The notes: generated by a model not told the origin, from the sequence alone. DNA of 64,000 bases from Candidatus Omnitrophota bacterium (GCA_030674475.1 JAUSCZ010000035.1:6432-70431); one strand, 5' to 3'. Positions 25,762 to 35,865 are shown, counted from the stretch's first letter. A program made the numbers and translations.

Positions 25762-28035
25762 CTAAAACCCATGCTCGCGGCGGGTATTCTTGAAACTAAG
25801 CGCTCCGTGCTTTGAATAGAGAATTGCCCCAAATATCAAAAGAGAGCATATCACTATAGCAACAATGATTCTGGGGTCACTGCGTTGATACCGGATAAGG
25901 ATTGGAGCGGCAAGAAGCGAAACTAAATTAATTACCTTTATCATCGGATTTAAGGCCGGCCCCGCGGTATCTTTAAGCGGATCGCCCACAGTATCGCCGA
26001 CTATCGATGCCTTATGCGCCTCCGAGCCCTTACCGCCATGCAGGCCGTCTTCAATGGTCTTTTTGGCATTATCCCAGGCGCCTCCGGCGGTTGACATAAA
26101 TACCGCTAAAAGCTGTCCGGAAAGGATTACCCCGGCGAGGAATCCGCCTAATGCCTCTACACCAAGCAGCATCCCTATCAAAATCGGACTGACCACCGCG
26201 ATCAAGGACAAGCCAATTAATTCCTTTTGCGCGGCTACGGTGCAGATATCCACCGCGTTTTTATAGTCAGGCTTGACTTTTCCTTCCATTATCCCGGGGA
26301 TACGAAACTGCCTGCGCACTTCTTCAACTATTAATGCCGCGGCGCGGGCAACAGCATTAATGGTCAACGCGGAAAATAAACAGGGAATCGCCCCTCCTAA
26401 CAACATTCCGATAAATACGGCGGGAACAGACACCCGTATACCGGTAACAAAGAGTTGGAGATTTTCCACGATGCCCATCTGCGCCTGAACTTTGCTTACA
26501 TCAGTAATGAACGAACCAAAGAGCGAGACCGCCGCGATTACCGCTGAACCTATAGCTAACCCCTTGGTAATAGCCTTGGTGGTATTTCCTACCGCATCCA
26601 GGTCTGCCAAAATCTTACGCGCCTCCGGCTCCAAACGCGCCATTTCGCCGATACCGTTGGCATTGTCAGCGATAGGGCCAAAGGAATCCATAGCCACGTT
26701 GTTTCCAGTTAGAGTAAGCATCCCAATACCGGTCATTGCCACGCCATAGAGCACAAATACCGCCGGCTGTCCCCAGTAAATCAGGATTGCCGCGAGTATG
26801 GTTACCGCGATGACGATAAACTGCCAGGCCGAAGATTCAAAACCGATTGAAAGCCCGCGCAGGATTAAGGTCGCCGAGCCTGTTTTTGAAGAATGGGCAA
26901 TCTCCTTTACCGGAGGATGTTGGGTATGGGTAAAATATTTGGTAATTTCATCAATGACTATCGCCAAAGCTATCCCGACCCCTACAGAAAGGAACGCCCT
27001 CCATTCGTGCATATAAAACATAGAGAGGAAGAAAAAGGCAACTATAGAAATACCTGCTGAGGCATAAAACCCTTTATTGATACTGGAAAAGGCATCCTGA
27101 TTCTTGCCTTCCCCTTTTACCAGATAGGTGCCAAAGATAGAAGAAAGCACCCCGATTCCTCGCACCAAAAGCGGAAAAACAATCCATTTTAGCTCATGGG
27201 TAAGCGATACTAACGCCAGCCCTAAAATCAACCCCGCGACTATGGTTACCTCGTAAGACTCAAAGATATCCGCGGCCATTCCCGCGCAGTCTCCGACATT
27301 GTCCCCTACCAAATCCGCGATTACCGCGGCATTACGGGGATCATCCTCAGGGATATTTTGCTCAACCTTCCCCACTAAATCCGCGCCCACATCCGCGGCC
27401 TTGGTGAAAATACCGCCGCCAACACGCATAAATAAAGCCAGCAGGGTTCCCCCGAAACCAAAACCCAAAAGCACATCCGGTGAGGCGATCCCGAATATAA
27501 TGAAAATAACCGTGCCTCCTAACAGCCCCAGCCCATCTGTCAACATACCGGTAACCGTACCGGAGCGATAAGCGATTTTCAGGGCTTCCGCGAAACTCCT
27601 GCGGGCAGCAGATGCTACCCGGACATTGCCTTCAACTGCCATACGCATCCCGAACTGCCCGACTATCAGAGAGAATATCGCCCCCATGACAAAGGCGGCC
27701 GCGCGGCCAAAGCCGACAATTAAACGTACGGTTTCAGATGAATACGCGCTAAAACGATGCAACGCCTCTTCACTAGGAGGAATGATATAGACAGAAAAAA
27801 ACAGGACCGCCGTAAGCACGAAGATTAACGGCAAAATGGTCTTTAACTGGCGGGCTAAATAGGCATCAGCACCCAGGCGAATGGCCTGCCAGACCTCCTG
27901 CATTTTAGCTGTGCCTTTGTCGTGGCGCATAATCTGATAACGCAGTAAAAACGCGTACCCCAGCCCTATGATGGCAATAAACAGCACTACCCAAATCGAG
28001 ATAATTTCAAATAACGTTGCATCCATGCTAAACAT
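25762..28035 (-). CDS. hppA: Membrane-bound ion-pumping pyrophosphatase, K+-independent signature
   Basis: GGGIFTKAADVGADLVGKVE, EDDPRN, GNTTKA, GDTVGDPLKDTAGP. Confidence 0.95.
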   Translation of the reverse strand: MFSMDATLFEIISIWVVLFIAIIGLGYAFLLRYQIMRHDKGTAKMQEVWQAIRLGADAYLARQLKTILPLIFVLTAVLFFSVYIIPPSEEALHRFSAYSSETVRLIVGFGRAAAFVMGAIFSLIVGQFGMRMAVEGNVRVASAARRSFAEALKIAYRSGTVTGMLTDGLGLLGGTVIFIIFGIASPDVLLGFGFGGTLLALFMRVGGGIFTKAADVGADLVGKVEQNIPEDDPRNAAVIADLVGDNVGDCAGMAADIFESYEVTIVAGLILGLALVSLTHELKWIVFPLLVRGIGVLSSIFGTYLVKGEGKNQDAFSSINKGFYASAGISIVAFFFLSMFYMHEWRAFLSVGVGIALAIVIDEITKYFTHTQHPPVKEIAHSSKTGSATLILRGLSIGFESSAWQFIVIAVTILAAILIYWGQPAVFVLYGVAMTGIGMLTLTGNNVAMDSFGPIADNANGIGEMARLEPEARKILADLDAVGNTTKAITKGLAIGSAVIAAVSLFGSFITDVSKVQAQMGIVENLQLFVTGIRVSVPAVFIGMLLGGAIPCLFSALTINAVARAAALIVEEVRRQFRIPGIMEGKVKPDYKNAVDICTVAAQKELIGLSLIAVVSPILIGMLLGVEALGGFLAGVILSGQLLAVFMSTAGGAWDNAKKTIEDGLHGGKGSEAHKASIVGDTVGDPLKDTAGPALNPMIKVINLVSLLAAPILIRYQRSDPRIIVAIVICSLLIFGAILYSKHGALSFKNTRREHGF

Positions 28036-28088
28036 AGCGCGTCTTCTCCTTTTCCATTCTTAGGTACTTATCACATACTTTCTCACAC

Positions 28089-28117
28089 ACTATACTGAAT
28101 CCATTTTATTTTGTCAA
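28089..28117 (-). promoter_or_regulatory. Sigma70 promoter of hppA
   Basis: TTGACA-17nt-TATAGT. Confidence 0.65.
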
Positions 28118-28129
28118 TATAATGTTACT

Positions 28130-28300
28130 ATTGTGTGACACTCGTGTCCAAATTAGCTATTACTTATCGACGAGAAATATGTTTTGAGATATCGAATTTG
28201 TCATACCCGCGAAAGCGGGTATCCAGAAAATACTCTCGTCGTGGATTCCCGCTTTCGCGGGAATGACAGCGGCTAATTTGGACAGCAATGATTGTGTGAC
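28130..28300. mobile_element. MITE-like element with 13-bp inverted repeats, 10-bp flanking direct repeats and an internal family D REP doublet
   Basis: attgtgtgac at 28130 and 28291; tgtccaaattagc 28145-28157 / gctaatttggaca 28272-28284; gtcatacccgcgaaagcgggtatcca...tggattcccgctttcgcgggaatgac. Confidence 0.7.
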
Positions 28301-28312
28301 TATTGTTATTTA

Positions 28313-28359
28313 TTGACAAAAAACAAATTATGTGTATTATATTGTGATTAACTTCACAA
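28313..28359 (+). promoter_or_regulatory. fixC promoter with a Rex/CRP-type operator
   Basis: TTGACA at 28313, TATTAT at 28335, palindrome TTGTGATTAACTTCACAA at 28342-28359. Confidence 0.65.
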
Positions 28360-28367
28360 ATGATACT

Positions 28368-29663
28368 ATGGCAGACGAAAAATTTGATTGCATAATTGTA
28401 GGCGCCGGCCCCGCGGGCTTAAGCGCGGGCTATACCTTAGCTAAAGCCGGGCTTTCCGCGATTATCATAGAAAGAGGAGATTATCCGGGGGCAAAGACCG
28501 TAATGGGCGGAATTTTGTATTCCCACGCGATTGGCGAACTTATCCCCGATTTCTGCAAAGAGGCCCCCTTAGAAAGGCCCATTACTGAACAAAGGGTCTT
28601 ACTGTTAACCGAAGACGCAAGCATACAGGCGGGATACAAAACTAAAAAATTCGCTCAAGAACCCTATAATTCTTTTTCCGTATTAAGGGCGCAATTTGAC
28701 GGCTGGCTTGCCCAAAAAGTAGACCAGGCCGGGGTAATGGTTATCCCTAAGACACTGGTAGATACTGTCTTAAAAGAAAATAACCAAGTCATCGGAATAA
28801 AAACTGACCAGGGCGAAATTTTATACGCGGATTGCGTGCTGGCCTGCGACGGAATTAATTCACTGCTTGCCCAGAAAGCCGGCCTGCATCAGGAATGGCA
28901 GCCTCAAGACGTGGCGCTGGCCGTCAAAGAGGTGCTCACCCTGCCTAAAGAAAAAATCCAGGACAGGTTTAACTTAGAAGATAACGAAGGCTGTGCCATT
29001 GAATTTATGGGCACCATTTCCCACGGAATGACCGGCATAGGATTTCTTTATACCAATAAAGAATCTATTTCTCTGGGTATGGGCTGCCTGCTCTCAAACT
29101 ACCAAAAGAGTTTGATTAAACCTTACGACCTGATAGAAGAGGTTAAGTCGCACCCGGCGATTAAAAGGTTTATTGACGGCGCCCAGACCGAAGAATACCT
29201 GGCGCACCTTATCCCCGAGGGCGGATATAACCGCGTCCCTCCTCTTTATACCGACGGCATGCTGGTCTGCGGTGACGCGGCGCTTCTGGTAAACTCTATC
29301 CATAGGGAGGGCTCTAATCTGGCGATAAAAAGCGGAATCCTCGCCGCCCAAACCGTAATTGAGGCAAAAAACAAAAAAGACTTCTCTAAGAAAACACTTT
29401 CTTTATACAAAAAGAAGATTGAAGAAAGTTTTATCATCCAGGACTTAAAGAAATACCGGCGCCTGCCTCATCTTTTGCACACAAGAAACGAACTTTTCAG
29501 CCGTTATCCCCAGTTGGCCTCGGAAATCGCCGCGGAACTTCTTACGGTAGACGGCCGGTCAAAGGCGGAAAAAGAAAAAAAGATTATCGCGAAAATCCTG
29601 GGGACTCACTCACTCTGCGGATGGGGGAAAATGGCTTTTGATTTCTGGAGGGCAACGCGATGA
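28368..29663 (+). CDS. fixC: FixC-type ETF:quinone oxidoreductase (FAD)
   Basis: FDCIIVGAGPAG, ERGDYPGAK, AHLIPEGG, GDAA; followed by a ferredoxin; start set at ATG 28368. Confidence 0.88.
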   Translation: MADEKFDCIIVGAGPAGLSAGYTLAKAGLSAIIIERGDYPGAKTVMGGILYSHAIGELIPDFCKEAPLERPITEQRVLLLTEDASIQAGYKTKKFAQEPYNSFSVLRAQFDGWLAQKVDQAGVMVIPKTLVDTVLKENNQVIGIKTDQGEILYADCVLACDGINSLLAQKAGLHQEWQPQDVALAVKEVLTLPKEKIQDRFNLEDNEGCAIEFMGTISHGMTGIGFLYTNKESISLGMGCLLSNYQKSLIKPYDLIEEVKSHPAIKRFIDGAQTEEYLAHLIPEGGYNRVPPLYTDGMLVCGDAALLVNSIHREGSNLAIKSGILAAQTVIEAKNKKDFSKKTLSLYKKKIEESFIIQDLKKYRRLPHLLHTRNELFSRYPQLASEIAAELLTVDGRSKAEKEKKIIAKILGTHSLCGWGKMAFDFWRATR

Positions 29664-29938
29664 AGATAGAAGAAAAGCTGTTTAAGACTAAATTCAAGGC
29701 CGACGCCCACGAACACTGCCACCTTAAAATAAAAGACCGCGAGGTCTGCCTAAAATGCGAATTTAAACCCTGCACCACCTTCTGTCCTGCCCAGGTATAT
29801 ACCTGGGACAAAGAGAAAATTATTGTGGGTTATGAAAACTGCCTGGAATGCGGCTCCTGCCGGATTGCCTGCCCGTATTACAATATTGAGTGGCGCTACC
29901 CCCGCGGTGGTTTCGGAGTGCAATACCGGATGGGTTAA
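29660..29938 (+). CDS. fixX: FixX-type ferredoxin
   Basis: CPAQVY, CLECGSCRIAC, W.YPRGGFGV. Confidence 0.9.
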   Translation: MKIEEKLFKTKFKADAHEHCHLKIKDREVCLKCEFKPCTTFCPAQVYTWDKEKIIVGYENCLECGSCRIACPYYNIEWRYPRGGFGVQYRMG

Positions 29939-29971
29939 GCCATTACGCATTAAAATAAGGAGAAAAAAGGG

Positions 29972-30607
29972 ATGCTGTTACAGAAATTATTAGCAATTGC
30001 CTTAATCAGCACGGAATGGATAATCTGGGTCCTTTTGCTTTTATCAGTTATATCCGTGGCGGTCATAATTGAGCGTTTCTTTGTTTTACGCCTCAAGCGG
30101 GGAGATTTGCAACTCCTGAAGCAAAGGATAGGCGCTGCTATGCGCAAGGCGAATAACGCGGGGATAGAAAGCATCTTGCGGCAGGATAATTCATCGGCGG
30201 CAAAGATATTACTGGAGACTATTCAAAACACCAAGAGTATGGGGCTTGATTTTGAAGATAGCCTGGCCATAGCCATCTCTGAAGAAAAACTGCGGCTGGA
30301 GAGCCGTATCGCTATCTTGGGAACCCTGGGAAATAACGCCCCCTTCATCGGGCTTTTTGGCACAGTGCTGGGCATAATCAATGCCTTCCACAGCCTGGCC
30401 CAAAATACCAAGGGCGGCCCGACAATCATAATGACGGGGATCTCAGAAGCCCTGATTGCCACGGCGTTGGGGTTATTTATTGCCATACCCGCGGTCGGGG
30501 CGTATAATTATTTTATCCGGCGGATCAAGAAAATAATCGTTTCGGCTGAGAATTTTACCCGGATGCTGACACCTGTGTGTATGGCTAAAGAGAAAGAGAG
30601 AAGTTAA
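29972..30607 (+). CDS. exbB: MotA/TolQ/ExbB proton channel protein
   Basis: NAPFIGLFGTVLGII, GISEALIATALGL..AIPA. Confidence 0.88.
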   Translation: MLLQKLLAIALISTEWIIWVLLLLSVISVAVIIERFFVLRLKRGDLQLLKQRIGAAMRKANNAGIESILRQDNSSAAKILLETIQNTKSMGLDFEDSLAIAISEEKLRLESRIAILGTLGNNAPFIGLFGTVLGIINAFHSLAQNTKGGPTIIMTGISEALIATALGLFIAIPAVGAYNYFIRRIKKIIVSAENFTRMLTPVCMAKEKERS

Positions 30608-30610
30608 GCG

Positions 30611-31027
30611 ATGGGCGCGAGGGCATTGCAAAGAGATAATTTTGATGAGATTATATCGGAAATAAACATCATCCCGTTTGTAGATATAAGCCTTGTGTTG
30701 CTGATTATTTTTATGGTGACGGCAAATTATATTATGACGTCTTCTCTTACGATAAATATCCCCCAGGCATCACATGCCAAACAAATTCAGCCGAATGATG
30801 TGGTTACGATTAATGTTTCCCGCGAAGGACCGGTATATATTGAGAAAGAATTGGTTACCAGCGCTGAATTAAGAAAAAGAATAAAGGCCAAATTCCAGGA
30901 CAACCATGATGTGGCGGTTATACTCTCAGCAGACAGGAATGTCAGCTTTAAAAACGTGGTTAATATCCTTGACCTATTAAGCGAGATAGGAATCAGCCGG
31001 CTTAATATCGCGACGGTAAACGAATAG
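30611..31027 (+). CDS. exbD: ExbD/TolR biopolymer transport protein
   Basis: EINIIPFVDISLVLLIIFMVTA, ILSADR. Confidence 0.88.
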   Translation: MGARALQRDNFDEIISEINIIPFVDISLVLLIIFMVTANYIMTSSLTINIPQASHAKQIQPNDVVTINVSREGPVYIEKELVTSAELRKRIKAKFQDNHDVAVILSADRNVSFKNVVNILDLLSEIGISRLNIATVNE

Positions 31028-31068
31028 CATAATTTTGAGAGCTGATTCGGGGCGCATTACCGGCTGGG

Positions 31069-31290
31069 TTAAACTTTTATAGGCAATATCACAAACGGCA
31101 TTCCCTGCGGTCTAAGCCCTTAGAGATTTCCTCTTTAAAGCTATCCATTTCCCGCGGGCTTTTAAAATTTCCGGCATCTAATGCCCCGACCTGCACAAAA
31201 ACAAAATTCTTAAATGTCCCGCCAAATAAACGAATAACCGCGAAAAGCGTATGCAGCCCCATTCCGTTGAAATACGGATTCTCTCTTCAC
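31069..31290 (-). pseudogene. Deletion-reduced remnant of a probable APC-family amino-acid permease
   Basis: Three frame-shifted pieces: RBS+GTG MKRESVF; FNGMGLHTLFAVIRLFGGTFKNFVFVQVGALDAGNFK; QGMPFVILPIKV*. Family assignment is from recall. Confidence 0.55.
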
Positions 31291-31304
31291 GTAATATCCT
31301 CTTT

Positions 31305-32012
31305 TTATTCCCCTAAATAAGCTTTGCGCACCTGGGTATTCATAAGAAGCTTTCTACCTTCTCCCTCTAAGACAATTTTTCCGGTTTCAAGAACATAGGC
31401 CCAAGCCGCGGCCTCAAGCGCCCAGCGGGCATTCTGCTCTACAAGCAATATCCCCACACCTTCCGCCTGAATTTTTAAGAGGACATCAAAGATTTTCTCC
31501 ACCACTAAAGGCGCCAGGCCAAGTGAGGGCTCATCAAGCAAAAGTATCTTAGGCTTGGCCATCAGCGCCCTGCCGATGGCCAGCATCTGTTGTTCTCCGC
31601 CGGAAAGTGTCCCGGCCTCCTGCTTCTGGCGTTCAGAAAGTATGGGAAAAAGCCTGTATACCCGCTCTATGTCTTCTTTAACCGTGCGGTCTTTTTGGCG
31701 TCCAAAAGCGCCCAGCTGAAGGTTTTCTAACACCGTTAATCCGCGAAACACCCGCCTTCCTTCAGGAACCTGAACAATTCCTCTGGAGACAATCTCATCC
31801 GGCCGGATACGCTTTATCCGCCTGCCGTCAAGCTCCATACTACCTTCTTTAAAAGGCAAAATTCCTGAGATAGCCATTAAGGTAGTTGACTTTCCCGCCC
31901 CATTAGCCCCGACCAGCGCGGTAATTTTGCCTTGGCTGACCTCTAAAGTTATCCCCTTAAGCACCTCAATCTTACCGTAGCCGACACGCAGATTCTCAAC
32001 CTTTAACACCAT
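31305..32012 (-). CDS. livF: Branched-chain amino acid ABC transporter ATPase
   Basis: GANGAGKST, VPEGRRVF, LSGGEQQMLAIGRAL. Confidence 0.93.
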   Translation of the reverse strand: MVLKVENLRVGYGKIEVLKGITLEVSQGKITALVGANGAGKSTTLMAISGILPFKEGSMELDGRRIKRIRPDEIVSRGIVQVPEGRRVFRGLTVLENLQLGAFGRQKDRTVKEDIERVYRLFPILSERQKQEAGTLSGGEQQMLAIGRALMAKPKILLLDEPSLGLAPLVVEKIFDVLLKIQAEGVGILLVEQNARWALEAAAWAYVLETGKIVLEGEGRKLLMNTQVRKAYLGE

Positions 32013-32035
32013 ACTTTCTTTTACCTTTTGCCTTT

Positions 32036-32803
32036 TTACTTTTTACTTTTTCCTAGATAGGCCTCGATTACTTTAGGATTGCATTGGACATCACCGGGTT
32101 TGCCTTCGCAAATTTTTTCACCTGAATCAAGCACCACTATTCTCTGGCAAAGCCCCATTACCAGCTTCATATCATGCTCAATGACCAGGACACTGACGCC
32201 GCTGGCGCGAATCTTGCGGATTATCTCCAACAGCTCTAATTTCTCTCCCGCGTTCATCCCCGCCGCCGGCTCATCCATCAGCAAAAGACGCGGCTCGGTA
32301 GCTAATGCCCGGGCAATCTCAAGGCGCCTTTGTAAGCCAAACGGCAGGCTGGATGCCAAATCAGATGCCCGATTACCTAGTTTTACAAAACGCAATAACT
32401 CTTCCGAGCGCCCACGCACCGCTTGTTCTTCGTTTCTCATCCCGGATGAACGCCTTAAAGTAGCCCAGATATTTGATGATGTGCGCGAAAAAGTCCCCAC
32501 CATCACATTTTCTAACGCGCTCATACTGGCAAAGACCCGCGCGTTCTGAAATGTCCGGGCTATTCCGCGTTCACTTACCCGGTGAGCCGGGAAACGGGTA
32601 ATATCCTGCGCGTATTCACCGAAAGCAATCTTTCCTGAGTCAGGCCGGTAGACGCCGGTGATACAATTAAAGAAAGTAGTTTTACCCGCCCCGTTAGGGC
32701 CGATCAGCCCGACGATCTCTGATTTAGCTATTGACATACTAATATTGCTAAGCGCGGTAATTCCGCCAAAATGTTTAGAAATACCTTGGACTTCCAATAT
32801 CAT
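32036..32803 (-). CDS. livG: Branched-chain amino acid ABC transporter ATPase
   Basis: GPNGAGKTT, GIARTFQN, DEPAAG, VIEAYLG. Confidence 0.93.
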   Translation of the reverse strand: MILEVQGISKHFGGITALSNISMSIAKSEIVGLIGPNGAGKTTFFNCITGVYRPDSGKIAFGEYAQDITRFPAHRVSERGIARTFQNARVFASMSALENVMVGTFSRTSSNIWATLRRSSGMRNEEQAVRGRSEELLRFVKLGNRASDLASSLPFGLQRRLEIARALATEPRLLLMDEPAAGMNAGEKLELLEIIRKIRASGVSVLVIEHDMKLVMGLCQRIVVLDSGEKICEGKPGDVQCNPKVIEAYLGKSKK

Positions 32804-33840
32804 TGCCTTAAATCCTCGGACAATACTTCATCTTCTTCCTGGCGAACGCGCTCGTTTTCGGGCCTGAATTCTTCAAAAATCCGCATCCCGCCCAAAATAC
32901 CTTGAGGCCGAAATAACATCATTACAATCATCACCGCGCCAAAAAGAAACATCCGATATTGCTGTAATGGTCGTAAAATTTCCGGTAATACGGTAAGCGC
33001 CACCGCACCCACAATTGAACCGGAGATACTTCCGATACCACCCAATACCAGCATAGCAACCAGCATTATTGAAGTAATAAAATCAAAGCTGTCCGGCGAG
33101 ACAAAACCCTGTTTACCGGCAAAAAGCCATCCGGCAAACCCGGCTATCGCCGACCCCGCGCAAAAAGCCAGCAATTTAAGCTTTCCGGTATTGATTCCCA
33201 TGCAGGCGGCAGCTACTTCATCCTCCTTAATCGCGATCCACGCCCGGCCAAAACGCGAAGACGATAAACGATTAGTTATAATGACTGTTACTATAATTGC
33301 CAATAAGGTAAGATAATAATAAGGCATACTCTTGATGCCAAAGTCAAAACTCTTAGGGCTAAGCCCAATAACCGGATGACTCACGGTCAGGCCGTTTGGC
33401 CCTCCGGTTAAACTATCCATATTGTTAAGGGCGATACGGACAATCTCCCCAAAACCCAAAGTCACCAGAGCAAGATAATCACCTTTAAGCCTAAGCACGC
33501 AAGAGCCAAAAAGTAAGCCTAAGCCTCCGGCTGAAATAACACAGGCAGGCAGGCTTACCCAAAAAGACAGTCCTAATTTTACGTTGAGTAAGGCGTAGGT
33601 ATAGGCGCCGGCCGCGAAAAAGGCGGCCTGCCCTAAGTTGAGCAGGCCGCAATAACCGGTCATCACATTTAGCCCTAATACGAGAATAGCAAAAATCCCC
33701 GCGCTGACCAGGACTTCCAGATGATATTCATTATGGTTAAAAAGCGGCAACGCGACAAGGATTAAGAGGACAACCGCGGACATAGCCCATCGAGAAAGTT
33801 TCCCTTTCTTTTGATATGCCGTAAGGGCTCTTTTATTCAT
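32800..33840 (-). CDS. livM: Branched-chain amino acid ABC permease
   Basis: GLLNLGQAAF, GDYLALVTLGFGEI, RPQGILG. Confidence 0.92.
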   Translation of the reverse strand: MNKRALTAYQKKGKLSRWAMSAVVLLILVALPLFNHNEYHLEVLVSAGIFAILVLGLNVMTGYCGLLNLGQAAFFAAGAYTYALLNVKLGLSFWVSLPACVISAGGLGLLFGSCVLRLKGDYLALVTLGFGEIVRIALNNMDSLTGGPNGLTVSHPVIGLSPKSFDFGIKSMPYYYLTLLAIIVTVIITNRLSSSRFGRAWIAIKEDEVAAACMGINTGKLKLLAFCAGSAIAGFAGWLFAGKQGFVSPDSFDFITSIMLVAMLVLGGIGSISGSIVGAVALTVLPEILRPLQQYRMFLFGAVMIVMMLFRPQGILGGMRIFEEFRPENERVRQEEDEVLSEDLRQ

Positions 33841-34738
33841 TGCGGGATTTTCTTAAAATTCCTGACGGCCAGCATAAAAGCAGGATGACTAAAATCAAGA
33901 ACGCGAATACATTCTTCCAGGCCGAAGAAAGGTATCCCGCGCCTAATCCTTCCAGCATCCCCAAGGCTATCCCCCCCAGCATTGCCCCCGGAACATTGCC
34001 GATACCTCCCAGCACCGCCGCGGTAAAGGCCTTAATCCCCACCAGATAGCCGTCATGGAAACTAATGGTATTATAATACATCCCATACATCACCCCACCC
34101 GCGCCGCCCAAAGCCGAGCCGATTAAAAAACACACACTAATTACTTTATCTACGTTAATACCCATAAGCCGGGCGGCAGTCATATCTTCTGAGGTAGCGC
34201 GCAAGGCCTTACCCAACATAGTCCGGGTTACAAAAAAACGCAAGGCAATCATCATCACCAAGCTGGTAGTAATGATAAAACCTTGCATGAAGGTAATACG
34301 CAGCGCCCCGACAGTCAAAGCCGAATGTTTGAAAAACGCGGGAAAGCTCTTATCTACCGGGCCCCAGATAAGCATCAGCACATTCTGCAGGATAAAAGAA
34401 ATGCCTATGGCGGTAATCAGACAAGCCAGCCTTGGCGCCTTACGCAAGGGGCGATAGGCGATACGCTCTATTACCACACCCAAGAGCCCGCAGCCGGCCA
34501 TCGCCGCGCAAAACATCAGGACAAGTGTAAAAACACTGTTCCATTGCGTTAGAGAGGGAAATAACGAAAAAACAGCTAGCCCAAAAAACGCGCCGGTGAT
34601 AAAAATTTCACCGTGCGCGAAATTGATCAGCTGGATAATCCCGTAGACCATGGTATAGCCAAGGGCTATCAGGGCATAAATCATCCCAATGGTCAGGCCG
34701 TTAATCAGCTGTTGCAGGAAAGTTTCTAGGTGGCTCAC
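33833..34738 (-). CDS. livH: Branched-chain amino acid ABC permease
   Basis: YALIALGYTMVYG..INFAHGE, KAFTAAVLGGIG. Confidence 0.93.
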   Translation of the reverse strand: MSHLETFLQQLINGLTIGMIYALIALGYTMVYGIIQLINFAHGEIFITGAFFGLAVFSLFPSLTQWNSVFTLVLMFCAAMAGCGLLGVVIERIAYRPLRKAPRLACLITAIGISFILQNVLMLIWGPVDKSFPAFFKHSALTVGALRITFMQGFIITTSLVMMIALRFFVTRTMLGKALRATSEDMTAARLMGINVDKVISVCFLIGSALGGAGGVMYGMYYNTISFHDGYLVGIKAFTAAVLGGIGNVPGAMLGGIALGMLEGLGAGYLSSAWKNVFAFLILVILLLCWPSGILRKSRNE

Positions 34739-35865
34739 TTCTTGGCAGGGCCTATATACTCAAAGGCTTGGTTCTTCACCCGGAAAACCCCTATAAGACC
34801 GATAGTAGAATCCCCTTTAGCGTCAAAATTGGTTACGCCGACAATCCCGGGGAAATCTTTGGTTGCTTTCACCTGGGCAAGGATAGCCTGACGGTCAAGC
34901 TTTCCGGTCTTGCGAATAGCATCTATAATAATATTAGAAGCATCATAGGCATAGGCGCTATAAGGCCCGCGCTCTTGGCCAAAACGGGCATTATAGGTTT
35001 CTATGTAGTGCTTGGCGCTTGCCAAGCTACGGACATCCGCGCCGATAAAGGTGCAATAAACTCCCTCGGCGTCCTCCTTAGCCAAGACGATAAATGCCGG
35101 AACGTAGAGACCGTCACCGCCCAGCCACTCTGCGCTAAGTCCTAAAGCCTTGGCCTGTCTGACTAACAATGCCCCTTCCGGATACATCCCTCCGAAAAAG
35201 ATAACCTCAGGATTGAGTGCCTTTATTTTCGTCAATAAGGGGGTAAAATCTTTATCACCCTGCATAATCCCTTCATGGCCAAACATAGTTGCCCCTAAGC
35301 GCAGAATCTCTTTTTCAAATTCGTCGGCAATCCCTTTACCATAAGTAGTCTTATCATCAATGATAAAAACTTGCCGCGCCTTTAATTGGGTAAAGGCAAA
35401 ATACGCGGCCTGAGGCGCTTGAATATCATCGGTGGCGCAGGTCCTAAAAAAGGTATCGTATCCTTTACGGGAGATTTCCGGATTTGAGGAAGAAGGTGAA
35501 ATTTGGGTAAGCCGGGCGTTTTGATAAATTGGCCCTGCCGCCAGGCTGCAGGATGAATTCACATGGCCGACTACTGCTACCACTGCAGGATCAGATGCTA
35601 AACGCTTGGCCATAGCTACTGCCTGAGATGGGTTGTGCTGGTCATCAAGTGAAACAATTTCAAGGCGGTAGCCGGGAATAATTTCCCCTTTAGCATTAGT
35701 CTCATCAACAGCGATTTGCAAGGCATGCAGCTGGTCCAGCCCTAAACTTGCCTGATCCCCGGTAATCGGCCCCACACAGCCAATTTTAATCACCCCAATT
35801 TTCTTAGCCCCAAGGCTTATCACCGCGAAAAAACAACACACAAAAATAAGTACTTTTTGCCTCAC
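34735..35865 (-). CDS. livK: Branched-chain amino acid ABC substrate-binding protein
   Basis: IKIGCVGPITG, DKTTYGKGIA, GDKDF, YAYDA. Confidence 0.88.
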   Translation of the reverse strand: MRQKVLIFVCCFFAVISLGAKKIGVIKIGCVGPITGDQASLGLDQLHALQIAVDETNAKGEIIPGYRLEIVSLDDQHNPSQAVAMAKRLASDPAVVAVVGHVNSSCSLAAGPIYQNARLTQISPSSSNPEISRKGYDTFFRTCATDDIQAPQAAYFAFTQLKARQVFIIDDKTTYGKGIADEFEKEILRLGATMFGHEGIMQGDKDFTPLLTKIKALNPEVIFFGGMYPEGALLVRQAKALGLSAEWLGGDGLYVPAFIVLAKEDAEGVYCTFIGADVRSLASAKHYIETYNARFGQERGPYSAYAYDASNIIIDAIRKTGKLDRQAILAQVKATKDFPGIVGVTNFDAKGDSTIGLIGVFRVKNQAFEYIGPAKK

